Shown piece by piece: positions 36,389-44,321 of a stretch of DNA of 64,000 nucleotides. Where the stretch lies: positions 40,106 through 104,105 of IMG/VR virus record IMGVR_UViG_3300005366_000002, one strand, 5' to 3'. Source of the stretch: a virus. Positions within the stretch are counted from its first letter, which is position 1; each line of letters opens with the position of its first letter. A model generated the notes under the pieces. That model was not told the origin of the DNA. It saw only the letters and a program-made list of their open reading frames with translations, and made no database searches. Both the position numbers and the translations under genes were made by a program.

Positions 36389-37129
36389 ATGTTCAACACC
36401 GAAACCGTTGCGATCACCGACTACCGCCTGATGACGCCTTCGCTGGCCAAGGTCATCGTCTCCTTCACCGGCAACATCGACCGCCGCTTCCTCCACGAGA
36501 AGCTGACCGAGATGTTCGACGGCTGCGCTCAACCGGTGCGCGCGTCGTTCAAGCAGATCCAGGAAGGCGTGGCCGTCGGCTTCATCAAGGCCAACCGCGC
36601 GATCCGCATGGTCGACGAGAAGCAACTGAAGGCCTACCGCCTGATGGGCTCGAACATCATGATGGACGAGTCGGACAAGAGCCTGTGGGAAGTCAAGACC
36701 GGCGCGTCCGGCAAGTACCTGGCCCGCCACGGCCAGGAAGACCTGCAGGCGCTGGTGCAGGCCTCGAAGATCACCCGCACCGACATCCCGCGCATCGCTC
36801 ACCTGACCATCGCCCGCGCGGCCGCCGCCGAGCTGGTGTCGTTCGTGGACGACGAAGGCGACGTGGATCACGGCTTCGCCTACCAGACCTCCGAGTCGCA
36901 GGTGCGCGTCGTCTCGTTCGCCCGCAAGATGCCCATGACGGTCGACTACGACGCCGTCGTCGGGATCGTGCCGATGGACGTGCCGGCCCACGTGCGCGCG
37001 CAGGTCATCGCCTCGATGACCCCGGAGGAAAAGAAGCAGGCCAACGCCTACTGGACGCGCCTCTACAGCTACGCGCCGGACTACATGCGCGAGACGATCA
37101 AGCAGGTGAACGAAGGCACGTTCGCCTGA
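36389..37129 (+). CDS. Abundant probable virion protein
   Basis: Capsid-like extreme codon bias; own promoter motif and terminator; GAGGA RBS. Confidence 0.6.
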   Translation: MFNTETVAITDYRLMTPSLAKVIVSFTGNIDRRFLHEKLTEMFDGCAQPVRASFKQIQEGVAVGFIKANRAIRMVDEKQLKAYRLMGSNIMMDESDKSLWEVKTGASGKYLARHGQEDLQALVQASKITRTDIPRIAHLTIARAAAAELVSFVDDEGDVDHGFAYQTSESQVRVVSFARKMPMTVDYDAVVGIVPMDVPAHVRAQVIASMTPEEKKQANAYWTRLYSYAPDYMRETIKQVNEGTFA

Positions 37130-37144
37130 TCCTGGTCGACATGG

Positions 37145-37168
37145 ACGGGACCTTCGGGTCCCGTTTCT
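37145..37168 (+). terminator. Rho-independent terminator with cUUCGg tetraloop
   Basis: ACGGGACC-TTCG-GGTCCCGT-TTCT. Confidence 0.75.
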
Positions 37169-37190
37169 ACAGCTCACGTAGAGGTGCAAG

Positions 37191-37481
37191 ATGCAAACAC
37201 TGAAGCTCCAAGCAAAAGAACGGCTGGCCGCAGCTGATGTCAAGAGAACCGCGCCCGAGTGGTCCGGCATGCCGGTGGTCTATGACGCCATCCTGTCCAT
37301 GTGCTCGCTCTGCCACGAGTGGGAAATCGCTGACGACGCGGTCAAGGCCTTGCGAAACAAGAAAGCCTTGGTGACCAAGAAAGAATTCCTGGCCAACTGC
37401 AAGACCATGTGCGGCGAGCTGACAGATGCCATGAAGGGCCAGTACAGCGCCATCAAGGACATGGCTGACGGCGTGAAGTAG
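37191..37481 (+). CDS. Leader-bearing small protein
   Basis: MQTLKLQAKERLAAA; GAGGT RBS. Confidence 0.7.
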   Translation: MQTLKLQAKERLAAADVKRTAPEWSGMPVVYDAILSMCSLCHEWEIADDAVKALRNKKALVTKKEFLANCKTMCGELTDAMKGQYSAIKDMADGVK

Positions 37482-37510
37482 GGCAACCGAACAGCGGGCT
37501 CGCGAACCGG

Positions 37511-37615
37511 GCTCGTTGTGTGTGGTGTTTTGCTGAGGTCCGCCCGTCTCACACGCGGGCATGGAACGTCAGGGCTATAGAGGCCTCAGCTCCTTTTTCC
37601 ACACGCAGAAACGAC
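37511..37615 (+). ncRNA. Candidate structured RNA (nested multi-stem)
   Basis: 37517-25/37599-607, 37532-40/37582-90 and 37542-47/37555-60 are complementary, with G-U pairs on the + strand. Confidence 0.35.
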
Positions 37616-37660
37616 GAAGGGCCCCACGGGATTCAGTTCCCGTGGGGCCCTTCTGCTTTT
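37616..37660 (+). terminator. Strong terminator at the convergence of the + and - blocks
   Basis: GAAGGGCCCCACGGGA...TCCCGTGGGGCCCTTC perfect stem, then TGCTTTT. Confidence 0.85.
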
Positions 37661-37752
37661 CCGGCTCTGAAACCGCCGTTCTGGTTCGTCATACGGAATG
37701 CCCGATTTAGGCTTCATTCCAGACGTTGGCATCGCGGTCTAGCACCTGCTAA

Positions 37753-38064
37753 TCACGCGTATTCCTGCCTCGCGTGATCGTAGTCGATCGCCTTGAACAG
37801 TGCCCAGACGTCGCGCACAGGGACGCAGGTTGGACGCACCAGCTTCGCCTCCTGTGCTTCGATCCAGCAGGTGAAGCTGACGCGCCGCGAGAACCGCGAG
37901 CTCTGGGAACGCGCCAGTTCCGCGTTCCTGAACGCATTGAACGCCGTGACGGACTGCCTGAACTTCGGGTCGTCCCACTGTGGCAGCGTCAGGTCGTACT
38001 GGGCGGAGGTCTTGCCGCTGTCGCGAACGATCACGAGCCAGCGGAATGGGATTTCCTTGGTCAT
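37753..38064 (-). CDS. Hypothetical protein
   Basis: Coupled to the upstream gene (ATGA overlap). Confidence 0.55.
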   Translation of the reverse strand: MTKEIPFRWLVIVRDSGKTSAQYDLTLPQWDDPKFRQSVTAFNAFRNAELARSQSSRFSRRVSFTCWIEAQEAKLVRPTCVPVRDVWALFKAIDYDHARQEYA

Positions 38065-38492
38065 TGGTCAGGAAGGTCGATGGTTGCGCGGTAGACGAGT
38101 GACACGTAGGCCCTGCAGAACGCGACGAGTCGTGTGGGCCCGTAGCACATGATCTCCAAGTCCTTGCCTGTCGATCGTCCATTGTAGACGCGGATCTCGC
38201 AGCACTGAATCCGGCCGTGCTGAGTCTCGGCATGCCAGAACGAGACGCCATCGAGGGCCTCGATGATCGGACCTGCCCAGTCCCAATCCTTCGTGGGCTT
38301 GAACGGAACGAACTCACCTTCGCTGTCGTAGCCGAGGCCGTGGAAGTTCTTGCCCAGGGAGTAGACCCTGTATTCACCGCTGCCAAGACGGCCAACGCTG
38401 AAGAACGGCGCACCTTCACGCTGACCGTAGACGAGGGCGACGGCCGCGTCCAGTGCCGAGCCCTCCATGTGAATCACCAGATGTTCGCTCAT
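38061..38492 (-). CDS. NinX-family (DUF2591-like) protein
   Basis: LDAAVA...FKPTKDWDWAGPIIE...GPTRLVAFCRAYV. Confidence 0.7.
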   Translation of the reverse strand: MSEHLVIHMEGSALDAAVALVYGQREGAPFFSVGRLGSGEYRVYSLGKNFHGLGYDSEGEFVPFKPTKDWDWAGPIIEALDGVSFWHAETQHGRIQCCEIRVYNGRSTGKDLEIMCYGPTRLVAFCRAYVSLVYRATIDLPDQ

Positions 38493-39808
38493 ACGTCCGC
38501 CAGATTTGCCATGGTCTCGGAGCTCTCTGTTGATGTGTCCGGCATCGACTCGACGGGCATGACACGCATCCACGCCCAGTGGAAGCCGACCTCGAACGGA
38601 TAGGAGCCGCTGTTGCGCGCCTTCGGTTGCTCGACCTTGATTCGGCCGATCTCCTTCTCGCGCTCTTCCTTCTTCGTGACCCAGATCCACGAGTTGTTCG
38701 AGTGCTCGCTGATGGCCTGCGCGTAGCGGATCTTGCCGTCCTGGTTGACCTGACACAGCAGCACGTTGACCGTGTTGGTGTTGTCCGCGTTGATCTTCGC
38801 AGTGCGAGCGATCGCACCCAGGGCCTGCCACGAGTCCTCACCGGTCGTGCCCTTCAGCAGCGAGATGTAGTCGATGATCCGCACGTCGCAGTCGTAAGCG
38901 TTGACCGCGGCCAGCACGTCCTCGATCGACACGTCCTCGTCCGGCTTGTAGATCGTGAGGCGGCCGCCCTTCTTCGCGATGTGCTTCATCCACCGCTGGA
39001 ACTTGGCGTACCCTGCATCGCGTTCGACGTCGGTCAGCTTGCCGGTCAGGATCCGCGTGACGTCCACCTTGTTGAGGTTGGCGCCGATGCGGCTCATCAT
39101 CTCGTCCTTGGTCATCTCCAGAGGGACGATCACGACCTTGTAGCCCTGCTGCGCGATGTTCATCGCGAGCTGACAGGCCAGCAACGACTTGCCACCACCG
39201 GACGAGGCGCCGACGGTGAACAGGCCGCCGCGAAGCAGACCGCCAGAGCGCTCGTCGAACGGTCCGATCATCGTGGGGATCACGTTCTCGGTCTTGTCAC
39301 CGTAGAACAGGTTCTTGACGGCCTCACGGCTGTTGTTGTTCAGCCCGAAGTGCAGGAAGTTGTTCTTCTGCGACTTGTTGGCCCGAGCCGAAGCGATGGT
39401 CGACGACGCCTGCTCCATCAGCTTGTCGATATCGCACTTCGATCCGCTCATCGCTTCGTCGATGGCGAACTTCAGCTCGTTCATCATCCGGTACTGCCGG
39501 TACGTGCTGAGGATCTTGACGGCCTTGCGCGCGTCGTCCTTCGTCTGGATCGCTGCCTCCGAGTCGCGGAAGAACGACCGCGCTTCCTCAGACAGGTCAG
39601 GGTCGGAGATCACCAGCTTGTAGAGCGGCGGCTCACCGGTGTCGACCATCTGCTTGCGGATGGCCTTCAGCACCTCCTTCGATTCGGGCGCGTCGAAGAA
39701 CGACTCGTCCACCGAGCTGAGAATCGAACCGGCGATGACGCGGTTCTTGTTTGTCATCCCCCGCAGAACCATGAGTTCGGTGCGGGGGCTTACGGTCTTG
39801 ACTGCCAT
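38489..39808 (-). CDS. dnaB: Replicative DnaB-like helicase
   Basis: GASSGGGKS, PLEM, IIDYI, LLCQVN, KAR arginine finger. Confidence 0.9.
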   Translation of the reverse strand: MAVKTVSPRTELMVLRGMTNKNRVIAGSILSSVDESFFDAPESKEVLKAIRKQMVDTGEPPLYKLVISDPDLSEEARSFFRDSEAAIQTKDDARKAVKILSTYRQYRMMNELKFAIDEAMSGSKCDIDKLMEQASSTIASARANKSQKNNFLHFGLNNNSREAVKNLFYGDKTENVIPTMIGPFDERSGGLLRGGLFTVGASSGGGKSLLACQLAMNIAQQGYKVVIVPLEMTKDEMMSRIGANLNKVDVTRILTGKLTDVERDAGYAKFQRWMKHIAKKGGRLTIYKPDEDVSIEDVLAAVNAYDCDVRIIDYISLLKGTTGEDSWQALGAIARTAKINADNTNTVNVLLCQVNQDGKIRYAQAISEHSNNSWIWVTKKEEREKEIGRIKVEQPKARNSGSYPFEVGFHWAWMRVMPVESMPDTSTESSETMANLADV

Positions 39809-39829
39809 TGGCTTCCTCTCGTTGACAGT

Positions 39830-39836
39830 CTATTTA
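39830..39836 (-). promoter_or_regulatory. TAAATAG motif, putative class R promoter of dnaB
   Basis: Reverse complement CTGTAAATAG, overlapping the upstream TAA stop. Confidence 0.6.
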
Positions 39837-40568
39837 CAGGTCCAGCTCGCGGTACATGACGGACCCGTCGCGGGCGAAGGTGTAGAGGTAGTCGCCGTTC
39901 TGGGAAATCGACTCGTCCTCTTCGCCGATGTCGATGTAGACGCGGATGCCAAGGAGCTGGCCGATCATGCCGGACTCCTCGACCTCGGCGAACGACGGCG
40001 GACAGCTCATGCACGTCATGATCGCCTTGGTGCACATGAGGCGTACCAGCACGCGCTTGTTGATCAGGACAGCGTTGACACCCAGGTTCGACGACAGTGC
40101 CTGGAAAGCGCCCAGCGAGAACGTGAGAGGGAGGCCGCGCAATGCATCCTGGGAGCGCATCTTGGCGCGCAGCTCCTGCATGGTCGTCCGCTTGACCATC
40201 GGGTACTCGACGAAGTAGGTGCCGCCGCCCACCGCGTGGTTCTTGACGACCAGCGCGCTCATGTGGGACACGAAGCGGCTCTCGGGCGTCAGGTAGGCGT
40301 CGGTCAGCATCTGGGTGTCGCCGATGTGGCCGATCTGGCCTTGCAGGACATGTCCGTTGTCCGCCGACTGGCGGATCATGCGGATCGTCAGCTCCTGCGA
40401 GCACATGAGCTCCCAGAGGCCGGCACCGACGACGATCGCTTCGACCTCGTCGTCTTCGGCCAGCTTCTTCAGGAGATCACGCGACCAGAACTGCGGCTCG
40501 GACTTCACGATGTCCTTGCCGTAGGTACGAGCTTCGAACTCGACGAGGGGTTTGACTTGAGCATTCAT
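39834..40568 (-). CDS. Protein built from two major-capsid A-domain-like repeats
   Basis: Ungapped 56-aa alignment to this window's MCP (see findings). Confidence 0.7.
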   Translation of the reverse strand: MNAQVKPLVEFEARTYGKDIVKSEPQFWSRDLLKKLAEDDEVEAIVVGAGLWELMCSQELTIRMIRQSADNGHVLQGQIGHIGDTQMLTDAYLTPESRFVSHMSALVVKNHAVGGGTYFVEYPMVKRTTMQELRAKMRSQDALRGLPLTFSLGAFQALSSNLGVNAVLINKRVLVRLMCTKAIMTCMSCPPSFAEVEESGMIGQLLGIRVYIDIGEEDESISQNGDYLYTFARDGSVMYRELDL

Positions 40569-41146
40569 CAGATGATCTCCTGGACTTGCTTCACGCTGGT
40601 GTTGGCGAAGTAGGCGATGCCGTGGCAGGGCACGTGCAGCCGCGTTTGGGCAAACGAAATCGGGTCTTCGCCGGCGACGACCACGATCTTGGGAACCGAC
40701 GAGAACCGCTCGATGATGTCGCGGGCCTTGTCGTACTTGAGGTAGTTGGACTTCGTGCTCAGGTTCGAGATCACGATTATCGACGGACTGAGGTCACGCT
40801 TGAGGATCGGGTTGTCATAGCCGTTGAAGACCGGCTCCCAGATCGGGTCGGCGTTGATGCCGAGGCGCAGCCTGTGGATCTCGACCAGGTAGGCCGCGAA
40901 ATACTTGGCCTTCTCGTCGTCCGGTGATCCAGCAACAACGTAGGTCAGCGGAGTCCTCGGCGACCTGGTGAACAGGTCCAGCGAGTTCTGCTGTACCTTG
41001 GCTTCGATGATCTTCTTCTCGCGCCGCGAGCTCTCGGTCATGAAAGCCTTCGGCTCCCAGAGCAGGCGCTTGCGACGGAACGCCGTGCAGTCCGGGAACA
41101 TGGCGAGTGTGTCTCTCCCGACCTTGATGTAGTTCTTCTCGGTCAC
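40568..41146 (-). CDS. Degenerate P-loop protein, possible helicase loader
   Basis: TYVVAGSPDDEKAKYFAAYLV and IIVISNL topology; close to dnaB. Confidence 0.45.
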   Translation of the reverse strand: MTEKNYIKVGRDTLAMFPDCTAFRRKRLLWEPKAFMTESSRREKKIIEAKVQQNSLDLFTRSPRTPLTYVVAGSPDDEKAKYFAAYLVEIHRLRLGINADPIWEPVFNGYDNPILKRDLSPSIIVISNLSTKSNYLKYDKARDIIERFSSVPKIVVVAGEDPISFAQTRLHVPCHGIAYFANTSVKQVQEII

Positions 41147-41316
41147 TTCTTCGGCTCCCTGATGATCACGGTATGAGCGTTGAGCCTGCCGCTGATGCTC
41201 GAGGGCTTCTGGTAGGTGAACAGGACGTGTCGCACGTCCTTACCAGCGCAGAACGCACAGCCACCGAACACCTTCGGGAACATCGAAGACAGGCATCGCC
41301 CGCATTGCATCTTCAT
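41143..41316 (-). CDS. Small CxxC-CxxC zinc-finger protein
   Basis: MKMQCGRC...GCAFC after GGAGGAG. Confidence 0.55.
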   Translation of the reverse strand: MKMQCGRCLSSMFPKVFGGCAFCAGKDVRHVLFTYQKPSSISGRLNAHTVIIREPKK

Positions 41317-41324
41317 GGCTCCTC

Positions 41325-42854
41325 CTAGAGCTCGAACTTGGTGCCCATACCGGGCCGATCCTTCGCCTTGAAGTAGGCATCCAGCAGCGCCTGGTCCCGC
41401 TCGCCGATGTGCGGCTTGAGCTTGGGCTTCAGCACGTTGAAGAACTCGTTGCGCAGGCAGTTCCGGCGCACGTTCATGTTGTCGAGGAACAGGCGGATGA
41501 CCGGCTGCGGCTTGTCGTCCATGGCGGTCAGCACGCGCATCATCCGCTGCTCCGCGTTCTCCTTGTTCGACGACATGGAGACCTCGTAGAGCATCGAGGC
41601 CCGCGGGATGTTGAGGCCGACGGACAGCTTCTTGGTCGTGCCCACCAGGATCTTCACGCGGTACTGGGTGGCCCTGGCCAGCGTCTCGTCCAGGATCTCC
41701 TTCTTGATCCCACCGTAGTACGGGTACGCGACCTTGCGACCTGCCAGCCGGTTGATCTCGTCGATGCACTTCTGCACCGGCTTGACCTGCGTGAACGGGA
41801 TCATGACGAGGTGACCAGCCTCCATGTCCTTGACGGCCATGCGCGCGATCAGCTTGATCCGGTCCTTGTCGTTCTCCAGCGAGGAGACCATACGTGTCCA
41901 CGGCACGTTGCCCTTGTAGGTCTTCACGTACTTGGTCGCCGTGACCTTGACCACCGGGCGCAGGCGTTCGACGATGACCTCGTGGATGATTCGACCGACG
42001 ACGTGACGGACCAGCACGAACTTGGCATCCTTGCGCGACGGAGTAGCCGACAGGCCGATCATCCAGCGCACGTTGAACTTGGCGAGGATGCCGATGTAGC
42101 GATCAGCGGCACCCATGTGGCATTCGTCGATGAACATGACCTCGAACTCATCGCGCAGTTCATCGAGGATCTTCTGGCCCTTGTCCGAGTAGAACAGGTT
42201 TGGCGTGCAGAGGCAGATGTCGTGGGTCTTGAAGTCCTCGAGGGTCTTGCACAGCTTGATCCGCTTCGGGTCGATGTCCGTCAGCTTGGGCGCCTTCTTC
42301 TTCGGGTTGCCGAGGAAGGTGTCGATGAAGCCGTTGAGCCACTCGCGCTGACCAGCGATGATCAGCGTCTTCCGCGAGAGCCGGCAGATGGTGGCAGTGC
42401 CACTGACGGTCTTGCCGGACCGCGGAGGCGCTTTCATCACGCCCTTCTTCTTGCGGATCATCGTCTCGACGGCCTCTTCCTGGCCTTCGCGGAACGACCC
42501 TGTGAACTTGATCGGCTTGATCGGCTTGCGTGGGCTCTTGTCCCGAAGGTTGATCTCGTAGCCCTTGGCCTCCAGCAGGTGCTCGATCACCGGGTACGAC
42601 CCGACCGGCACCTTCAGGTACTTGTTCTCGCCGACCTTCTGCACCGTGCCCAGCTCGTAGCCGCTCTTGAACGCTGGACAGTTGTCGCAGATGTCGCAGT
42701 GCCGCTCCGCCAGCCACTCACAGCTCTTGCAGGCCTTCTCCTCGTAGAACTTGAAGGTCAGCTTCTCCTTGATCCTGTCGACGGTCGGCCGATCGAGGCT
42801 CTTGATCGGGATGAACACGCCTTCGCGCTTGGTGACGGTGAGTTCCTTGGTCAT
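41325..42854 (-). CDS. UvsW-like SF2 DNA helicase with an N-terminal Cys cluster
   Basis: REGQ, APPRSGKT, DECH, LSAT, GLNIP, QRMMR. Confidence 0.88.
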   Translation of the reverse strand: MTKELTVTKREGVFIPIKSLDRPTVDRIKEKLTFKFYEEKACKSCEWLAERHCDICDNCPAFKSGYELGTVQKVGENKYLKVPVGSYPVIEHLLEAKGYEINLRDKSPRKPIKPIKFTGSFREGQEEAVETMIRKKKGVMKAPPRSGKTVSGTATICRLSRKTLIIAGQREWLNGFIDTFLGNPKKKAPKLTDIDPKRIKLCKTLEDFKTHDICLCTPNLFYSDKGQKILDELRDEFEVMFIDECHMGAADRYIGILAKFNVRWMIGLSATPSRKDAKFVLVRHVVGRIIHEVIVERLRPVVKVTATKYVKTYKGNVPWTRMVSSLENDKDRIKLIARMAVKDMEAGHLVMIPFTQVKPVQKCIDEINRLAGRKVAYPYYGGIKKEILDETLARATQYRVKILVGTTKKLSVGLNIPRASMLYEVSMSSNKENAEQRMMRVLTAMDDKPQPVIRLFLDNMNVRRNCLRNEFFNVLKPKLKPHIGERDQALLDAYFKAKDRPGMGTKFEL

Positions 42855-43075
42855 GGGTTCTCGAGTTCTTCGGGGTCAGGGTGATCGTCGTTGGGGTCGA
42901 TGCTGTCGAAGTGGATGACCTCGTTGTCGCGGTCGCGACGCGCCTTGGCAAGCAGCTCGTCCCATGCACGACGGTGGTTGAGCGCATCCGCACGCGCGAG
43001 CTCCAGCACCTCCTCCGACGAGTAGGACTTGGGGAACCGTGCTCGCATGGTCTCGGCCTTGAGCTGGAGTTCCAA
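42851..43075 (-). CDS. Hypothetical protein
   Basis: Short ORF coupled to the helicase start. Confidence 0.45.
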   Translation of the reverse strand: MELQLKAETMRARFPKSYSSEEVLELARADALNHRRAWDELLAKARRDRDNEVIHFDSIDPNDDHPDPEELENP

Positions 43076-43080
43076 GTCCG

Positions 43081-43383
43081 TCAGCTTGTACTCGCGCTTG
43101 CGCGCCGGTCGTAGGGTTGGACCGCCTCGTCGCCGCTGTAGGTTTGCCCTGCCTTTCCCTCCTGCTTGTCACGCAGCTTCTTCTGCGACCAGTAGTTCAC
43201 TTGCAACGTGAACGTGTAGTTGCCGTACAGCATCGCGTTGGACATCCGCAGCGGCAGGATGAATCCCATGACCTCCAGATACTCCCTGTAGGCCTTGGAC
43301 ACGTAGCGCACCTTGGTCTTGCGTCGCCTGTTGGACTGCGAAGGGTAGGCGAACAGACCCTTCGGCTTGACGACGCGCTTCAC
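43081..43383 (-). CDS. Basic hypothetical protein
   Basis: GTGA overlap start (MKRVVKPKG...). Confidence 0.5.
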   Translation of the reverse strand: MKRVVKPKGLFAYPSQSNRRRKTKVRYVSKAYREYLEVMGFILPLRMSNAMLYGNYTFTLQVNYWSQKKLRDKQEGKAGQTYSGDEAVQPYDRRASASTS

Positions 43384-43946
43384 AGCACGCGCCCCTTGCC
43401 CTCGCTGAGCAGAGCCACGAGGTCGCCCATGCGCTTGAGGGCGAAGCCGGCCGCGTCGATGTCCTTGATCAGCACGTCGATGTTGGACAGGAGGGTTTCG
43501 CCGTCGGCGATGTACTCGAGCGCCGGCTTGATGCAGCGATCTGCGAACGCCTTCTGCGCGGTGATCTGCCCGTACTCCTCCTTGAGGTCGTCCTTGTACT
43601 TGGTCAGGATGTGCTTGCGCATCGCTGCGATCGCAGAGCGGAGAGTCGACAGCCGCAGGTCCGACTTGACGCGAATCTCGGCCATGCGCGACCGCGCGCT
43701 CATGTCCTTGGAGTTGGCCTCCAGCATGGCCTTCGGGGAGTAGCGCGACTCGCCCACCATGTTGCGACTCGTCCGGCCGGCGTGCAAGCCCTGGATCTCC
43801 TCGGTCATCTCCTCGATGTTGACCATCTTCTTGGCCTTCTCGTAGACGCCGATGAACTGGACGAACACCGGATCCTCGCGGATCTCGCTCATCAGGCTCT
43901 TGGTCCCGCCGGAACCACCGGTCTTCTTGCTTGTCGTTGCCATCAT
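43380..43946 (-). CDS. All-helical protein, possible UvsY-like recombination mediator
   Basis: Coiled-coil pattern and proximity to the UvsW-like gene; function inferred. Confidence 0.4.
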   Translation of the reverse strand: MMATTSKKTGGSGGTKSLMSEIREDPVFVQFIGVYEKAKKMVNIEEMTEEIQGLHAGRTSRNMVGESRYSPKAMLEANSKDMSARSRMAEIRVKSDLRLSTLRSAIAAMRKHILTKYKDDLKEEYGQITAQKAFADRCIKPALEYIADGETLLSNIDVLIKDIDAAGFALKRMGDLVALLSEGKGRVL

Positions 43947-44314
43947 TGTCCTTCCAGGATCTGTTGCATGTGGTCCGAGACCGCCGTCGAGATCGCCATA
44001 GCTCCACAGCCAGGGAAGTCGAACAACAGGAACTCGTCGCACCGTAGGATCAGTTTCCCCACATCGGCGCGTCCACGTTTGGTCTCCATGAAGGTCGCGA
44101 TGTAGGCGCCTTTCGACTCGACCCGCATGCCTGACAAGAAGAAGTGACCTACCTTCTTGCCATCGCGCAGCAGGTCCCACATCTGGAACATGCAGACCAG
44201 GTTGAACTTGTTGCCCAGCTCGTACTCACCGGGCTCTTGCGGGCTGCTGACGAGTGCATGCCCCTGGCCTAGCCTGTAGAACAGGCCTGTCGTCCATGGG
44301 ATTCGACTCTTCAT
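43943..44314 (-). CDS. Hypothetical protein
   Basis: GAGGGA RBS; coupled. Confidence 0.55.
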   Translation of the reverse strand: MKSRIPWTTGLFYRLGQGHALVSSPQEPGEYELGNKFNLVCMFQMWDLLRDGKKVGHFFLSGMRVESKGAYIATFMETKRGRADVGKLILRCDEFLLFDFPGCGAMAISTAVSDHMQQILEGQ

Positions 44315-44321
44315 CAGTCCC

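Noticed and set aside
13779-37481. Reading the shared leader as a RiPP precursor or Sec/Tat signal
   Set aside because: No modifying enzymes, RRE or transporter nearby; no hydrophobic h-region or twin Arg; carriers include folded enzymes within virion operons
37482-37750. tRNA or known self-cleaving ribozyme in the intergenic gap
   Set aside because: No T-loop/cloverleaf and no CUGAnGA/GAAA core; kept only as an unclassified structured RNA candidate
42851-43075. MELQLKAETMRA as a leader copy on the - strand
   Set aside because: No R-L core and lies in a replication operon; likely chance
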